A stretch of 64,000 bases of DNA from a virus: positions 32,001 to 96,000 of the IMG/VR virus record IMGVR_UViG_3300002143_000172; one strand, 5' to 3'. Positions 14,090 through 24,653 of this stretch are shown in pieces. The translations under genes were made by a program, and so were the position numbers. Each line of letters opens with the position of its first letter. Position 1 is the first letter of the stretch. The notes below the pieces were generated by a model, which ran no database searches, was not told the DNA's origin, and saw nothing but the letters and a program-made list of their open reading frames with translations.

Positions 14090-14815
14090 ATGAGTAGAAC
14101 TCCAGACATTATTAGACAGATCCATACAGTTGAAGAAACATCAATCCGATTATTCGGAGATTGGGAAAGTACAGAAGCAGACATCCTAAGTACATCCTGG
14201 TTAAATTCTTTGGCGCTTGATCATAAATTACCCGACGAAATTAAAACAATGGACGGCATGAGTGGTAAGAAGTACCGATACCTTATTAATAATCTAGTTG
14301 GACTATTGCCCGATGCCCGATATTTAGAAATTGGTAGTTGGGCAGGTAGTACGGCCTGTAGCGCCATGTGGGGTAATAAATGTAAAGTTACCTGTATTGA
14401 TAATTGGAGTGAGTTTGGCGGCCCAAAAGAAGCGTTTTTTGCCAATACTAAGTATTGCACAACTGATGACATTGATTTCAATTTTATTGAAAGTGATTTT
14501 AGAAAGGTTGACTACTCAAATATCGGAAAACACAATGTCTATATGTTTGACGGCCCCCACAGTGAACAAGATCAATACGACGGAATTGCGTTAGTCGAAG
14601 CCGCCCTCGATGATACATATATTTTAGTTGTAGACGACTACAACGGTAGTCATGTTCGTAAGGGAACACAAGACGCACTTGACAAGTGTGGGCATAAAAT
14701 CCTAGCAAAAATTGAAATCATCACCCACATGGTAGACGGAGAACACGCAATAGTTAGCCATCAGTTTAGTGATTGGCACAACGGGTATCTGTTTGCTGTT
14801 GTAAGCAAAAAGTAA
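14090..14815 (+). CDS. Class I SAM methyltransferase (Methyltransf_24-like)
   Basis: YLEIGSWAGST, FDGPH, VVDD. Confidence 0.8.
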   Translation: MSRTPDIIRQIHTVEETSIRLFGDWESTEADILSTSWLNSLALDHKLPDEIKTMDGMSGKKYRYLINNLVGLLPDARYLEIGSWAGSTACSAMWGNKCKVTCIDNWSEFGGPKEAFFANTKYCTTDDIDFNFIESDFRKVDYSNIGKHNVYMFDGPHSEQDQYDGIALVEAALDDTYILVVDDYNGSHVRKGTQDALDKCGHKILAKIEIITHMVDGEHAIVSHQFSDWHNGYLFAVVSKK

Positions 14816-16257
14816 TGAAAAGACATTTGTTAATTGTATTACGAACTTGTACCAGTGTTAACATGGTCAATGACACTGGGTCTGGCCGTTACATTAAAGT
14901 TCCAAAGGCACAATTAGTCAATGTGTGTGTTAGTAGTCTTGTTGACAGTATCAATCATGTACAAGGACACGATGTTGAGTTAGTAGTGTTAGATGATCAC
15001 AGCGATGACTCCTGCATAGCAGACATAAAAACAATATTATCTCACTGCAAATTTCCCACAACATTTATTCCTGTAGACGGCGGGACTGGAAACGGATATA
15101 CAATGGGGTTGGTCTATCAGGAAGTTGAGAAAAGGTGTAAAGATTTATGGTACCATGTAGAAGATGACTATCTACATGTACCTGAAGCAATACACGATAT
15201 GATTGATACTGTAGATACTTTTGAGCCAATGACTAATAAACTAGTTGCTATCAACCCCCATGATGACATCTGGCGATATAAGCAAGAAATATATCAAAGT
15301 TTTCTATTGTTGGGTCCTTATCGTCATTATCGAACCGTTCGACACACTACCTTTACCTGTTTAGCCAGTAGAGCGTTATTTGATAAGTATCGAAAATATT
15401 TTAATGACCTAGTTACTCTTACCACACAGAAAGAAGTCTGGGTTGAGAATAAGTCAATTAACTTGGTTTGGCAACAACCAGATGTGGCGTTGTTTAGTCC
15501 TATTCCCGGTTTGGGGTTTCATGTCATGGATGAGAGTGGGAAAGATCCTTTCTTTGATATCGGCGATCTTTGGGACAGTGTGCCTCAACTATGGAAAACT
15601 GAAGATCGCCCCAAACTTGCAATAGTTAGTTTATTCAATGACCGTCACCTTGATCTAGCAAGACATACCTGGAATAACAAATTAGAATATGCCAGGAAGC
15701 ACGGATATAGTGCTTACGCAAAAACTGATAATTTTAGTGCTGAACAGGTTCACTTTGATAAGTTTGTTCATATCTTAGATATCATGAATCAATTTCCATA
15801 TTTAGAATGGATCTGGTGGTTAGACAACGATGCTATGATCACAAATTATGACATTCGAGTTGAGGATCTATTGGATAATGCCTATCATGTTATTATGCCC
15901 ACAGACATCGCGGCATTAAACACAGGTAGCTTTATTGTGCGTAACAGTGTTCAAGGACGAGAATGGTTAGAGTTTCTACTGAGTAAAAAAGCAGAATATA
16001 AAAACGATAAGAAATGGTTTGAACAACAGGCCGTTATTGACTTCTATCCCAAGTTTCAAGAACTGTTTAAAATAATTCCACAACAATGGTTGAATTCCTA
16101 TGACTACAGAATGTATAATATAGAAGGAATTGACCTATTAGGACAAGACGGGCAATGGTATCCGGGCGACTTTGTTATACATTGGCCAGGATTACCGAAC
16201 GATACCCGTGTGAAGTTGGCACAGCAATACCAACCGTTAATACAGGATACAAGATGA
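14815..16257 (+). CDS. Two-domain glycosyltransferase (GT-A plus GT34/MNN10-like)
   Basis: VEDDYLH; YARKHGY, WWLDNDA, LNTGSF, EQ, DFVIHWPG. Confidence 0.8.
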   Translation: MKRHLLIVLRTCTSVNMVNDTGSGRYIKVPKAQLVNVCVSSLVDSINHVQGHDVELVVLDDHSDDSCIADIKTILSHCKFPTTFIPVDGGTGNGYTMGLVYQEVEKRCKDLWYHVEDDYLHVPEAIHDMIDTVDTFEPMTNKLVAINPHDDIWRYKQEIYQSFLLLGPYRHYRTVRHTTFTCLASRALFDKYRKYFNDLVTLTTQKEVWVENKSINLVWQQPDVALFSPIPGLGFHVMDESGKDPFFDIGDLWDSVPQLWKTEDRPKLAIVSLFNDRHLDLARHTWNNKLEYARKHGYSAYAKTDNFSAEQVHFDKFVHILDIMNQFPYLEWIWWLDNDAMITNYDIRVEDLLDNAYHVIMPTDIAALNTGSFIVRNSVQGREWLEFLLSKKAEYKNDKKWFEQQAVIDFYPKFQELFKIIPQQWLNSYDYRMYNIEGIDLLGQDGQWYPGDFVIHWPGLPNDTRVKLAQQYQPLIQDTR

Positions 16258-17093
16258 AAGTTTATGATTGTTTTACATTCTTCAACGAATTAGATGTTTT
16301 AGAAATTAGATTACAAGAGTTATGGGATGTAGTTGATGTTTTTGTTCTAGCAGAATCTAACCTAAGTCATAGTGGTAAGCCTAAGGAGTACATCTTTGAA
16401 AATAACAAAGAACGCTTCACTAAGTATGCTAGTAAAATCCGTAGAGTGCAGGTTGACGATATGCCCAATACTCCGGATAGCTGGGTTCGAGAAAAGTTCC
16501 AACGCTTTTGTTTAAACCGGGGACTAAGCGATGCTGCCGCAGAAGATATTATTATTACTAGTGACCTTGACGAGATTCCTCGGGCCGATGCAATAGCAAT
16601 GATCAAAGAAGATGAAAACGATTGGGATCGTTACATCCTTACTATTCCAATGTTTCAATATAAAATCAATTATATGAAAATTCATGAGATTGTTAAACAA
16701 CCCAACATCATGGTTACCCGGGCAAGGGTCTATACCAATCCACAACAAGAACGAGAATATACATTTCCGTGGGTTCCAAAACCCAATAGTCTAGTAATGA
16801 TCGATCACGGCGGCTGGCATTTTACCTACTTTGGTGATAATGAACATTCTATTACTAAAATACAAAACTTTGCACACACGGAAACAGATACCCCAGAAAT
16901 GATCGCTAAACATAACCTTGAATGGTTTGTAAAGAACAAGTGCGGGCATCACGGACCCACACATCCAGAACGGTTTGAGTATGTTATAGTTGATGAATAT
17001 TTTCCAGATTGTATTACACAAAATTTAGATAAATGGCAACATATGATTGTACCAGATGCGGCATTTCATGTAACTGACCTATATAGAGACTAA
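16254..17093 (+). CDS. GT17-like beta-1,4-GlcNAc transferase
   Basis: YDCFTFFNELDVLEIRL, SDLDEIP, GGWHFTY. Confidence 0.85.
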   Translation: MKVYDCFTFFNELDVLEIRLQELWDVVDVFVLAESNLSHSGKPKEYIFENNKERFTKYASKIRRVQVDDMPNTPDSWVREKFQRFCLNRGLSDAAAEDIIITSDLDEIPRADAIAMIKEDENDWDRYILTIPMFQYKINYMKIHEIVKQPNIMVTRARVYTNPQQEREYTFPWVPKPNSLVMIDHGGWHFTYFGDNEHSITKIQNFAHTETDTPEMIAKHNLEWFVKNKCGHHGPTHPERFEYVIVDEYFPDCITQNLDKWQHMIVPDAAFHVTDLYRD

Positions 17094-17809
17094 TGTTAAA
17101 CAATAATTTAATTAAAAAATGTTCCTGCGGCAACGATGTTGACTTTTCGGTGTTATTTGTTAACATGTTAGAAGTTGCCAGTTGCGACCAATGCGATGTT
17201 ATGCATCAATATTTAGAAGGTTGGACTGCTGAAAAATACATCAACTTCTATAAAACAGATTATCACACTGATTATCAAAAAAATAGAGGAACAATGACCT
17301 ATGAAGAACGATACGAGCACGATTGTAAAGTTTCAGATTTAAGACTAGATGCTTATAATCTTCCAGAAGGCTCTGTGGGCTTAGACATAGGAAGTAGTAA
17401 TAGCGCATTTGTTCATAGAGCAATATCTAGAAATCTTAGATTTCTAGGGCTTGAACCAGGTAACAACATTGGAGACGATAGTGTTACTATAAGAGGTACT
17501 CTAGAAACCGCATATTTTAATCCGGAGCATTTTGACTTTGTTACCATGCATGACAGTATTGAACATATGGTCAATGTGAATGGCGCACTGAATTCAGTGT
17601 GGGGTATTTTAAAATATGGTGGACAGGCTATTATTGATCTCCCAGATTATTTTAGTCCCCAGGGTCAGCATCATTGGAAACACATTGAGCATTTGTGGTT
17701 CTTTTCAGAAGAACAGTTTGCCAATGTGTTAACTAACAACGGGTTTGCGGTTACTAACATTACACGACCTATTCCCGGTAAGTTAGTATTTTATGCCAAG
17801 AAAGTATGA
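17093..17809 (+). CDS. SAM-dependent methyltransferase
   Basis: LDIGS, FDFVTMHDSIEH, HLWFFS. Confidence 0.8.
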   Translation: MLNNNLIKKCSCGNDVDFSVLFVNMLEVASCDQCDVMHQYLEGWTAEKYINFYKTDYHTDYQKNRGTMTYEERYEHDCKVSDLRLDAYNLPEGSVGLDIGSSNSAFVHRAISRNLRFLGLEPGNNIGDDSVTIRGTLETAYFNPEHFDFVTMHDSIEHMVNVNGALNSVWGILKYGGQAIIDLPDYFSPQGQHHWKHIEHLWFFSEEQFANVLTNNGFAVTNITRPIPGKLVFYAKKV

Positions 17810-18585
17810 AAACATTTAGCCATTCAGGAACTACCGGTGACACATTTAGTAGTTGTGTTGCAGTTAAGATATTAGGTGGTGGTGAGTTTTATCTTCGCCT
17901 ACATAATCTCGACAATGTATTACGAGAAAAATTAGGATGGGGCCCGGCTGGCGGCAGACATGCAGGTCGTATGACTGAACATGACTACGAGATTATGCGT
18001 GAGTTCATGTTGCATCAAAAATACATCACAGACTTTAAGCCATGGAATGGTGAGCGCATTGACCATGAATTAGAAAATGCTGCCTTACATTTAGAAACAC
18101 ATCGATTTCCTCGAAACTTCCCTAACCAACATGCCCTGGCGCAGGGGATAAATCTGGATCTACACTATCGCGAACTACAAGTTGAGCCATACATGGAATG
18201 CCGAGAAGTACGCAAGTTTCCCGGAAGGCCAATTGTTATCAGTCGAGCTCCACATTATCAAGATGGTAATAAACTAGATAGTCCTGTATGGCGTGACATG
18301 ATTGATCGTGGACTATGCGAGCAAGCTGTGTATGTTGGATTGGAAAATGAACACGCATGGTTCGAAGATTGTTTTAAGGTCAAGGTTCCACATTATCGTA
18401 CGCCCGACTTTATGGAATTGGCCCGAGTTATACAGGGTAGTGAGCTGTTTGTTTGTAGCATGACTGCCCCTTGTGCAGTAGCATTGGCATTAGGTAAAAC
18501 TATGTGGGTTGAAACACGCAAGAACGAATCATTCGAACGCTTAGAGATTAATTACCCCGGCAGGATGAATATTAGGTATTTCTAA
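17806..18585 (+). CDS. Glycosyltransferase-like (GT-B/GT9-like) protein
   Basis: HSGTTGD N-terminus, ELARVIQGSELFV...ALALGK. Confidence 0.5.
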   Translation: MKTFSHSGTTGDTFSSCVAVKILGGGEFYLRLHNLDNVLREKLGWGPAGGRHAGRMTEHDYEIMREFMLHQKYITDFKPWNGERIDHELENAALHLETHRFPRNFPNQHALAQGINLDLHYRELQVEPYMECREVRKFPGRPIVISRAPHYQDGNKLDSPVWRDMIDRGLCEQAVYVGLENEHAWFEDCFKVKVPHYRTPDFMELARVIQGSELFVCSMTAPCAVALALGKTMWVETRKNESFERLEINYPGRMNIRYF

Positions 18586-19313
18586 TGAAGGTTGCGATAA
18601 TAACAGCAGGTCAGCCAAGGTTTACTGATGACTTCGTTACAGTATTAAATCAGTTAAAAGGTTTTAGCACCGCTGATCTTTATATTAATCTATGGGACAG
18701 CGATTGGGTAGACGATGTTGCCCAAGGAGTTAACAAGATCAATAAAATTTTACCCAGTAATGTTATTCTTAAAAAACTACAAATAACAACACCACCTGAT
18801 CGGGCGCTACCTACTTCAAATCGAACTGGTAACTTGCAATGGTGGTATGATCGAAGGGTAGGTCAAATACATTGTTTAAAACTAGCATTTGATTTAATTG
18901 AATCACCGTACGACTTAATTGTAAGAGTTAGACCGGACGGATCTCTAGACAGTGATTTAGATATATCGTTGTTGGACTTCACTGCTAATGATATTATATT
19001 TTGTAATAGATTAGTTGGAGCAAATCAAACAGCTCCTAATGATCAATTCTTTGTAGGAACACACCAGGGTATGGAATTCTTGTGTAACCTGTATCTAGAC
19101 TTTGACAGGTATATGATCGAGGGTTGTCCCGACTGGGAAACTAACGAGCACGAATGGGCATTAGAGCATGTAATACGCTACTATTTTGAATCAAATAATA
19201 AGCCTATAATTCGGGGAAACTTTAATCACGATATTAACCGGGTTGGGAAATCTAAGTATACCACAGACAAACATATACACAATCCAATAGCACCTGACCC
19301 AACAGCAACATAG
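18585..19313 (+). CDS. Glycan-related hypothetical protein
   Basis: AGQPR, YDLIVRVRPD, NDQFFVG. Confidence 0.55.
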   Translation: MKVAIITAGQPRFTDDFVTVLNQLKGFSTADLYINLWDSDWVDDVAQGVNKINKILPSNVILKKLQITTPPDRALPTSNRTGNLQWWYDRRVGQIHCLKLAFDLIESPYDLIVRVRPDGSLDSDLDISLLDFTANDIIFCNRLVGANQTAPNDQFFVGTHQGMEFLCNLYLDFDRYMIEGCPDWETNEHEWALEHVIRYYFESNNKPIIRGNFNHDINRVGKSKYTTDKHIHNPIAPDPTAT

Positions 19314-19322
19314 GATAGACAA

Positions 19323-19790
19323 ATGAAATTAATCGCACATCGAGGACTTATAGATGGTCCTAATGAAGTTTTAGAAAATCGACCCGAACATATCAGAAGA
19401 GCAATAAAGTTAGGCTATGACTGTGAGATTGATTTATGGGTCGCTGATTCAAAATTGTATCTAGGTCACGACACAGCCGATTATCCAATATCTGAAGGAT
19501 TCCTTAAACAAGGTGGTCTGTGGATACATTGTAAAAATGTCGAAGCAGTTGAATATTGCCTCGATGATATTAAATTAAATTATTTTTGGCATGACAAGGA
19601 TGATAGGACAATAACTAGCAAAGGCTATATTTGGACTTATCCAGAAAAAGCTCTAACCAAATGGTCTATAAGATTACTGCCAGAATGGCATGACCCAGAA
19701 TTTAAAACTATTTTAGAAACTACATGCTATGGAATTTGTAGCGACTATGTTGGCCGCATTAAAGATATTATTGCCAACGGCCAAAATTAG
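19323..19790 (+). CDS. PLC-like/glycerophosphodiester phosphodiesterase-like protein
   Basis: IAHRG, ENRP, EIDLW, LGHD, GICSD. Confidence 0.75.
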   Translation: MKLIAHRGLIDGPNEVLENRPEHIRRAIKLGYDCEIDLWVADSKLYLGHDTADYPISEGFLKQGGLWIHCKNVEAVEYCLDDIKLNYFWHDKDDRTITSKGYIWTYPEKALTKWSIRLLPEWHDPEFKTILETTCYGICSDYVGRIKDIIANGQN

Positions 19791-20598
19791 AAATATAAAT
19801 TTTATTGTGCCATCCCGGAACACTACCAGACGACCATTCTTCGCCTGTAGTTAGGTCTTTCCACATACCTAAATGCCTAAATTCTATTTTAAAGCCGCCG
19901 AAGTTGTGTTTGCATCCATTCCGTTCTAGATGTCTGCCTAACAAAGTTTCTGGATGAAATTTAACACCTGCTTTATTATGATCTAGGGCTTGATTATAAA
20001 GATCGCAGTATATTGTCATAGTTTCCGAAGTACCCATTCCAAATAGGTCGCAAATCCAAACACCGTCATGCCCGCATCCTTTATTATCAGGTGTGATAAC
20101 TGTGTTTGGATTATTATCTAGTTTAGTCTTTACATTGGCCGCATCTATTGTACTTGTAACAGCCACATCGGGCCTAGTTCTGATCACTATATCATAGATA
20201 AAATTGTTTTCTGTCTCATACTTTCTACGAGCTTCGTTTGCCATAAAAAGACTGTACATCATTTTCCATAGATTATCTTGTCTAGTTTCGACAGCAAAAT
20301 TAGATTCTATTGGAAAAGTTTTTACAGAACTCTGATCTGCTAATTCTAATGTTACAATAGTATGCCCAGCAGGAAGTAGTTCCTTAAATTTGTTAAGAGC
20401 CCATTCTTTATCTATATGTTGCCACGCTGGTGCAACTACTTGATGTCCCCCGTTGGCTAATAATTCAGCTGTGGGAAAGTTATCTTCCCACATGTATAGG
20501 AAATAATCAACTTGATCGAATCCTTTTAAATTTTCTAAGAATTGATCAAATTCGGAACAAAATCTAGGATCACCCTGAAGTAGTATAGCGGCTCGCAT
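19768..20598 (-). CDS. Glycan-related hypothetical protein, paralogue of 18585..19313
   Basis: QGDPR, YDIVIRTRPD, HPETLL. Confidence 0.55.
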   Translation of the reverse strand: MRAAILLQGDPRFCSEFDQFLENLKGFDQVDYFLYMWEDNFPTAELLANGGHQVVAPAWQHIDKEWALNKFKELLPAGHTIVTLELADQSSVKTFPIESNFAVETRQDNLWKMMYSLFMANEARRKYETENNFIYDIVIRTRPDVAVTSTIDAANVKTKLDNNPNTVITPDNKGCGHDGVWICDLFGMGTSETMTIYCDLYNQALDHNKAGVKFHPETLLGRHLERNGCKHNFGGFKIEFRHLGMWKDLTTGEEWSSGSVPGWHNKIYISNFGRWQ

Positions 20599-20673
20599 TT
20601 GATATTTATCTGATTAAACACGCAGAGAAATATCTTAATGTGAGTTGTAAATAATATATATGGAGTGACACGT

Positions 20674-20952
20674 ATGGGCGATTTCTTTAAATTAGTAGCA
20701 GAACTAGGGTTTCCTATAGCAGGTGCGTGTGCTGCCGGCTATTTTGTTTTCCTTACATTGAAATTCATTCTTGCAGGTGTTACTAGCAGTGTAAATGGTA
20801 TGGGTGGTATTATTAAAGGGCTAGACAGCCGAGTTGATACTATGACCAATCAACTACAGCGTATTGATGTTAAAGTTAGCCATGCATTGGGATTACAACC
20901 AGATTATGATCGTATTTCTCGTGCAGAACAGTCAGATCAAAGAAAGGATTAA
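20674..20952 (+). CDS. Small membrane/coiled-coil protein
   Basis: GFPIA transmembrane segment, coiled coil. Confidence 0.6.
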   Translation: MGDFFKLVAELGFPIAGACAAGYFVFLTLKFILAGVTSSVNGMGGIIKGLDSRVDTMTNQLQRIDVKVSHALGLQPDYDRISRAEQSDQRKD

Positions 20953-21068
20953 TATGTTATCTAAAGAACAAATTCAATTAATACATGCAGTCGGGATCAA
21001 TGTAGATCAAAAATTACAGCCCGAGTTGTACCAGTACCTATGTAATATATTAGAAGGAACTGCGTAAG

Positions 21069-21428
21069 ATGGAAGGCATAGTAGATTTAGTTAATAAGTA
21101 TGGATTTCCTATTGTCGCCGCAGGCGGTATGGGATATTTTATTTACTATGTGTGGACATGGGTAACTACTGAAATTAAACCTGTTATTGGACAAGCCAAT
21201 GGTACCCTTATCGCTCTGATTGATCGTATTCGTATGTTAGACAATGATCTTATACGATTAAATCAAAAAGTAGAAACAGTTATGGAACTACGCGGTAAAA
21301 CTATTGAGCAAGAGCGCATTGAAGCTGATAAAGATATTAATGCTAAACGCAAGAAGATTGTAGAAGAAGAACCAATTGGCAAGCGTAGAGCAACCCCCAA
21401 AGAAATCAAAGAAGCGTCGGGCGATTAA
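21069..21428 (+). CDS. Small membrane/coiled-coil protein, paralogue
   Basis: YGFPIVAAGGMGYF, LIDRIRMLDNDLIRL. Confidence 0.6.
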   Translation: MEGIVDLVNKYGFPIVAAGGMGYFIYYVWTWVTTEIKPVIGQANGTLIALIDRIRMLDNDLIRLNQKVETVMELRGKTIEQERIEADKDINAKRKKIVEEEPIGKRRATPKEIKEASGD

Positions 21429-23480
21429 TTACTTGCTCGTTGCCCTAAAAATTCCGTCCCAATCAGCAGTAAGATTGGCATGACGCATTTCGTTAATTCG
21501 TTCAACCCATAAATCATAGTAGTGGTCCATGTAACCATTGAATTGACCACGCAGTTGGCTAACCGCTAATAAAGCAACATCCCAATTTTGTGTCCTGTAT
21601 GCATAAAGCATAGTATTATGTTGTTCTCTTGCTCGCTCCCACATATCCATATTAAATTCTGGATTATAGAATACTGTGTAAATGGTAACGCCGTCCTTCT
21701 TACCTTTAACAGCGATACAGTCTAGTTCTATAGTAAAGTATTCTCCATCAAGTCTTTCTGCTGTTGTAGGTCCGAGGACAATTAACACACCGTAATTTTT
21801 ACTCTGTCCTTCTAGGCGTGATGAAAGATTAACGGCATCTCCGAGACAGGTGTAATCAAATCTCTGTTCTCCTCCCATATTACCAACTACAACAACACCA
21901 GTATTACAACCAATACCAAGCCCAAAAGGAGGAACCCCTTCTTTACCAATTTCTTCATTAAATATCTTAACTGCATCTAACATCTCCAGTGCGGCTTTAA
22001 CACTATCTTTTGCATGTTTATGGTTGTCTAATGGTGCATTCCAAAAGCTCATAGTAGCATCGCCGATATACTTGTCTAGCGTTCCTTCATTTTCAAGAAT
22101 AACTTTTGTTACTACAGTCATATAACGATTCATGATTTTAGTAAGGCCTTGCACATCGGCGCCATAGTGCTCGCTGATACTAGTAAATCCACGGACATCA
22201 CTAAATTGAATTGTTAAGTCTTGACTATCGCCACCTAGTCTTAGTAAACTAGGATCCTTAACAAGTTTAGCAACCAAGTCCGGACTCAAATAACTACCGA
22301 ATTGTTTTTTAATCTGTTGCTTTTGTAAGAACTCACTGACGAACTTGACCATGTAGGCATGCAGAGCGACCAAAACTATGCCAACGGCAAAAGCAGTACT
22401 GTCGAATAGGTAAAGGTAATGGCTGTAAGCAAACATGCTACCGTAGATAACACCGCCAACCACAACAACCGTTGCCACAATACCTACATAAGTCCACCTC
22501 ATTAAAAATATTAAAAGAATACCTGCAAACAACATAGAATAAGTTTCTAACTCATCTGCATATCCGGGTCGCTGTATGCTAGTTCCGGAAATCATTGTTC
22601 CCAACAAACTAGCCTGTAGATCCTGGGGCCATATTTCTCCACGGCTAGTAGCAACGGGTTGTACTAGCCCGGCGGCGCTTAATCCTACGATAACAATCTC
22701 ACCGTTAAAATCTTTGGGCAATTTTGCCAGGCTGTGTTGTTTAGGTTGTTGGCTCCAATCGATCCATATTCGACTTAGTGAATCTACTGTGATTTTGCTT
22801 AACTTAGGAACACGGAGTGCTTCGACTCCCTCTTCACCTATTTTAACCTGTATCTTAGTGTCTCCCACTGCAATACGCAATGCATCTAATGACATAGCAG
22901 GATGTATAGTATCTTCGCTCATAATCAGCAAAGGCATACGGCGAACTACACCGTCAATTTCTGGAAAGGTATTTACGATTCCCTTGCCCGCGGCTTTTTC
23001 TTGTAGCATAGGAAGGTTAGCAATGATACCGGGATACTCAACCATTGTGCCGCCGGGTGCGTTCCCAATAACCTGCACTGCTGTTCCAAAGGTTTTATTT
23101 TTACCTTTGACGCTGGCAACTTCGGGTAATACTACAGGATATTTTTCTAGTACTTGGGCCAGTTGATTATCTTGACCAAACCTGTCTTTCTCAGGCATGA
23201 GGATATTAAGGACAACGAGTCCAGCATTTCTATCATACAGGTCTTTAATAATATTAGCATAGGTGCCCCTTGGAAAAGGAAATTGACCATACTTGTCTAA
23301 CGCATCTTCGTCAATATTAACCGTATGTACAGCGATATCTTTAACAGGCTGGCTAGTTACCAATTGATCAAAATAGCGTAGTCTTACAGATTCTATAAAA
23401 CTAGGATCTGTCCATCTTAAACATACCATTATGGCTAAGGTGATTAGTGCTGTCCACGGATTCAGTAATAGTTTTTTCAT
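21429..23480 (-). CDS. CHASE2-domain class III adenylate/guanylate cyclase
   Basis: CHASE2 (VNIDE, DGVVRR), TM helices, FSDVRGFT, DKYIGDA, GDAVNLSSRLEG. Confidence 0.92.
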   Translation of the reverse strand: MKKLLLNPWTALITLAIMVCLRWTDPSFIESVRLRYFDQLVTSQPVKDIAVHTVNIDEDALDKYGQFPFPRGTYANIIKDLYDRNAGLVVLNILMPEKDRFGQDNQLAQVLEKYPVVLPEVASVKGKNKTFGTAVQVIGNAPGGTMVEYPGIIANLPMLQEKAAGKGIVNTFPEIDGVVRRMPLLIMSEDTIHPAMSLDALRIAVGDTKIQVKIGEEGVEALRVPKLSKITVDSLSRIWIDWSQQPKQHSLAKLPKDFNGEIVIVGLSAAGLVQPVATSRGEIWPQDLQASLLGTMISGTSIQRPGYADELETYSMLFAGILLIFLMRWTYVGIVATVVVVGGVIYGSMFAYSHYLYLFDSTAFAVGIVLVALHAYMVKFVSEFLQKQQIKKQFGSYLSPDLVAKLVKDPSLLRLGGDSQDLTIQFSDVRGFTSISEHYGADVQGLTKIMNRYMTVVTKVILENEGTLDKYIGDATMSFWNAPLDNHKHAKDSVKAALEMLDAVKIFNEEIGKEGVPPFGLGIGCNTGVVVVGNMGGEQRFDYTCLGDAVNLSSRLEGQSKNYGVLIVLGPTTAERLDGEYFTIELDCIAVKGKKDGVTIYTVFYNPEFNMDMWERAREQHNTMLYAYRTQNWDVALLAVSQLRGQFNGYMDHYYDLWVERINEMRHANLTADWDGIFRATSK

Positions 23481-23532
23481 AGTCAAATATTTAGTCAAGA
23501 TAATAGGGCCGAAGCCCTATCGATTGTTAATG

Positions 23533-24522
23533 TTACTTAACCTGTTGTGCCCAATCTTTGCGGATCTGCGTTTTAACATGTTCGGGTAAAGGAACATAGT
23601 CTAGCTCAATTGCCGATTTGTTACCTTTAGTAAATGCCCAGTCAAAGAACTTAACTACTTCTTTAGTGTTAGCATTGCCTTCTTTAAATATCAGAATAAA
23701 TGTAGCCGCTGTTATTGGCCAGCCACCTTTGTTGTTTAAGTTAACAGCCATACCTGGTGTTTTCCAATCTGCTGACTTTGCGGCTTCGGCAAAAGTTGTA
23801 TCATCTGGTTCTACTGGTTTGCCTTTCTTATCTAGCATACGAACATAGTTCATCTTAGCCTGTTTAACATACGCATACTCTACATAACCGATCGTACCCT
23901 GTAATTGCTGTGTAAATGCCGCAACCCCTGCATTGCCTTTGCCAGCTGTGGTCTGTTGTGATTTCCAACTAACTGCCTTACCGGCGCCTATTTCATTTTT
24001 AAATTCTGTGCTAACCTGTGATAGATAGTCTGTAAAAACCGCTGTTGTTCCGCTACCATCTGCACGAACAACACGAATTATTGATTGGTCAGGAAGCGAA
24101 AGTTTTGGATTCAGCTTCTTGATCGCAGGATCGTTCCAATTGTTAATCTTACCCTGGAAAATATCTGCTAGTGTTTTTCCATCTAGAACTAATTGCCCAA
24201 TTTCAATACCTTTGATATTAATAACAGGAACCACTCCGCCGATCGCGGTAGGGAATTGATTATAGCCTTTGACTTTTATTTCTTCTGCGGTCATTGGATC
24301 GTCTGTTGCACCAAAATCGAGAGTTTTAGCCTCCATTTGTTTAATGCCGCCGGCTGAACCAATTGCTTGGTAATTTATTTTAATGCCGGTTTCTCTGTGG
24401 TATTCACCTGCCCATTTACTATAGATAGGTGCGGCAAATGTTGACCCGCCGCCGTTGATTACTGTCTGTGCCTGTGTGGACATTGCCACCATTGATAATA
24501 GAATAGCAAATAATTTTTTCAC
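23533..24522 (-). CDS. pstS: Phosphate ABC transporter substrate-binding protein
   Basis: GGGSTF, NYQAIGS, DFGATD, RADGSGTT, GYVEY. Confidence 0.95.
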   Translation of the reverse strand: MKKLFAILLSMVAMSTQAQTVINGGGSTFAAPIYSKWAGEYHRETGIKINYQAIGSAGGIKQMEAKTLDFGATDDPMTAEEIKVKGYNQFPTAIGGVVPVINIKGIEIGQLVLDGKTLADIFQGKINNWNDPAIKKLNPKLSLPDQSIIRVVRADGSGTTAVFTDYLSQVSTEFKNEIGAGKAVSWKSQQTTAGKGNAGVAAFTQQLQGTIGYVEYAYVKQAKMNYVRMLDKKGKPVEPDDTTFAEAAKSADWKTPGMAVNLNNKGGWPITAATFILIFKEGNANTKEVVKFFDWAFTKGNKSAIELDYVPLPEHVKTQIRKDWAQQVK

Positions 24523-24585
24523 TGTAAATCTCCTTTAGTTAGTGAATATGTGTGCGATCGCACATTACTATTTAAACACAAAGAG

Positions 24586-24603
24586 ATTACAATATTATTA
24601 CAA
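24586..24603 (-). promoter_or_regulatory. Pho box-like direct repeat
   Basis: TTGTAAT-AATA-TTGTAAT, 11-nt period, upstream of pstS. Confidence 0.6.
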
Positions 24604-24610
24604 TAATCAA

Positions 24611-24640
24611 GAAAAAAGCCCATACCGGGCTTTTTCTTTT
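24611..24640. terminator. Bidirectional intrinsic terminator
   Basis: AAAAAAGCCC-ATACC-GGGCTTTTT. Confidence 0.7.
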
Positions 24641-24653
24641 TTGCTATATGTAA

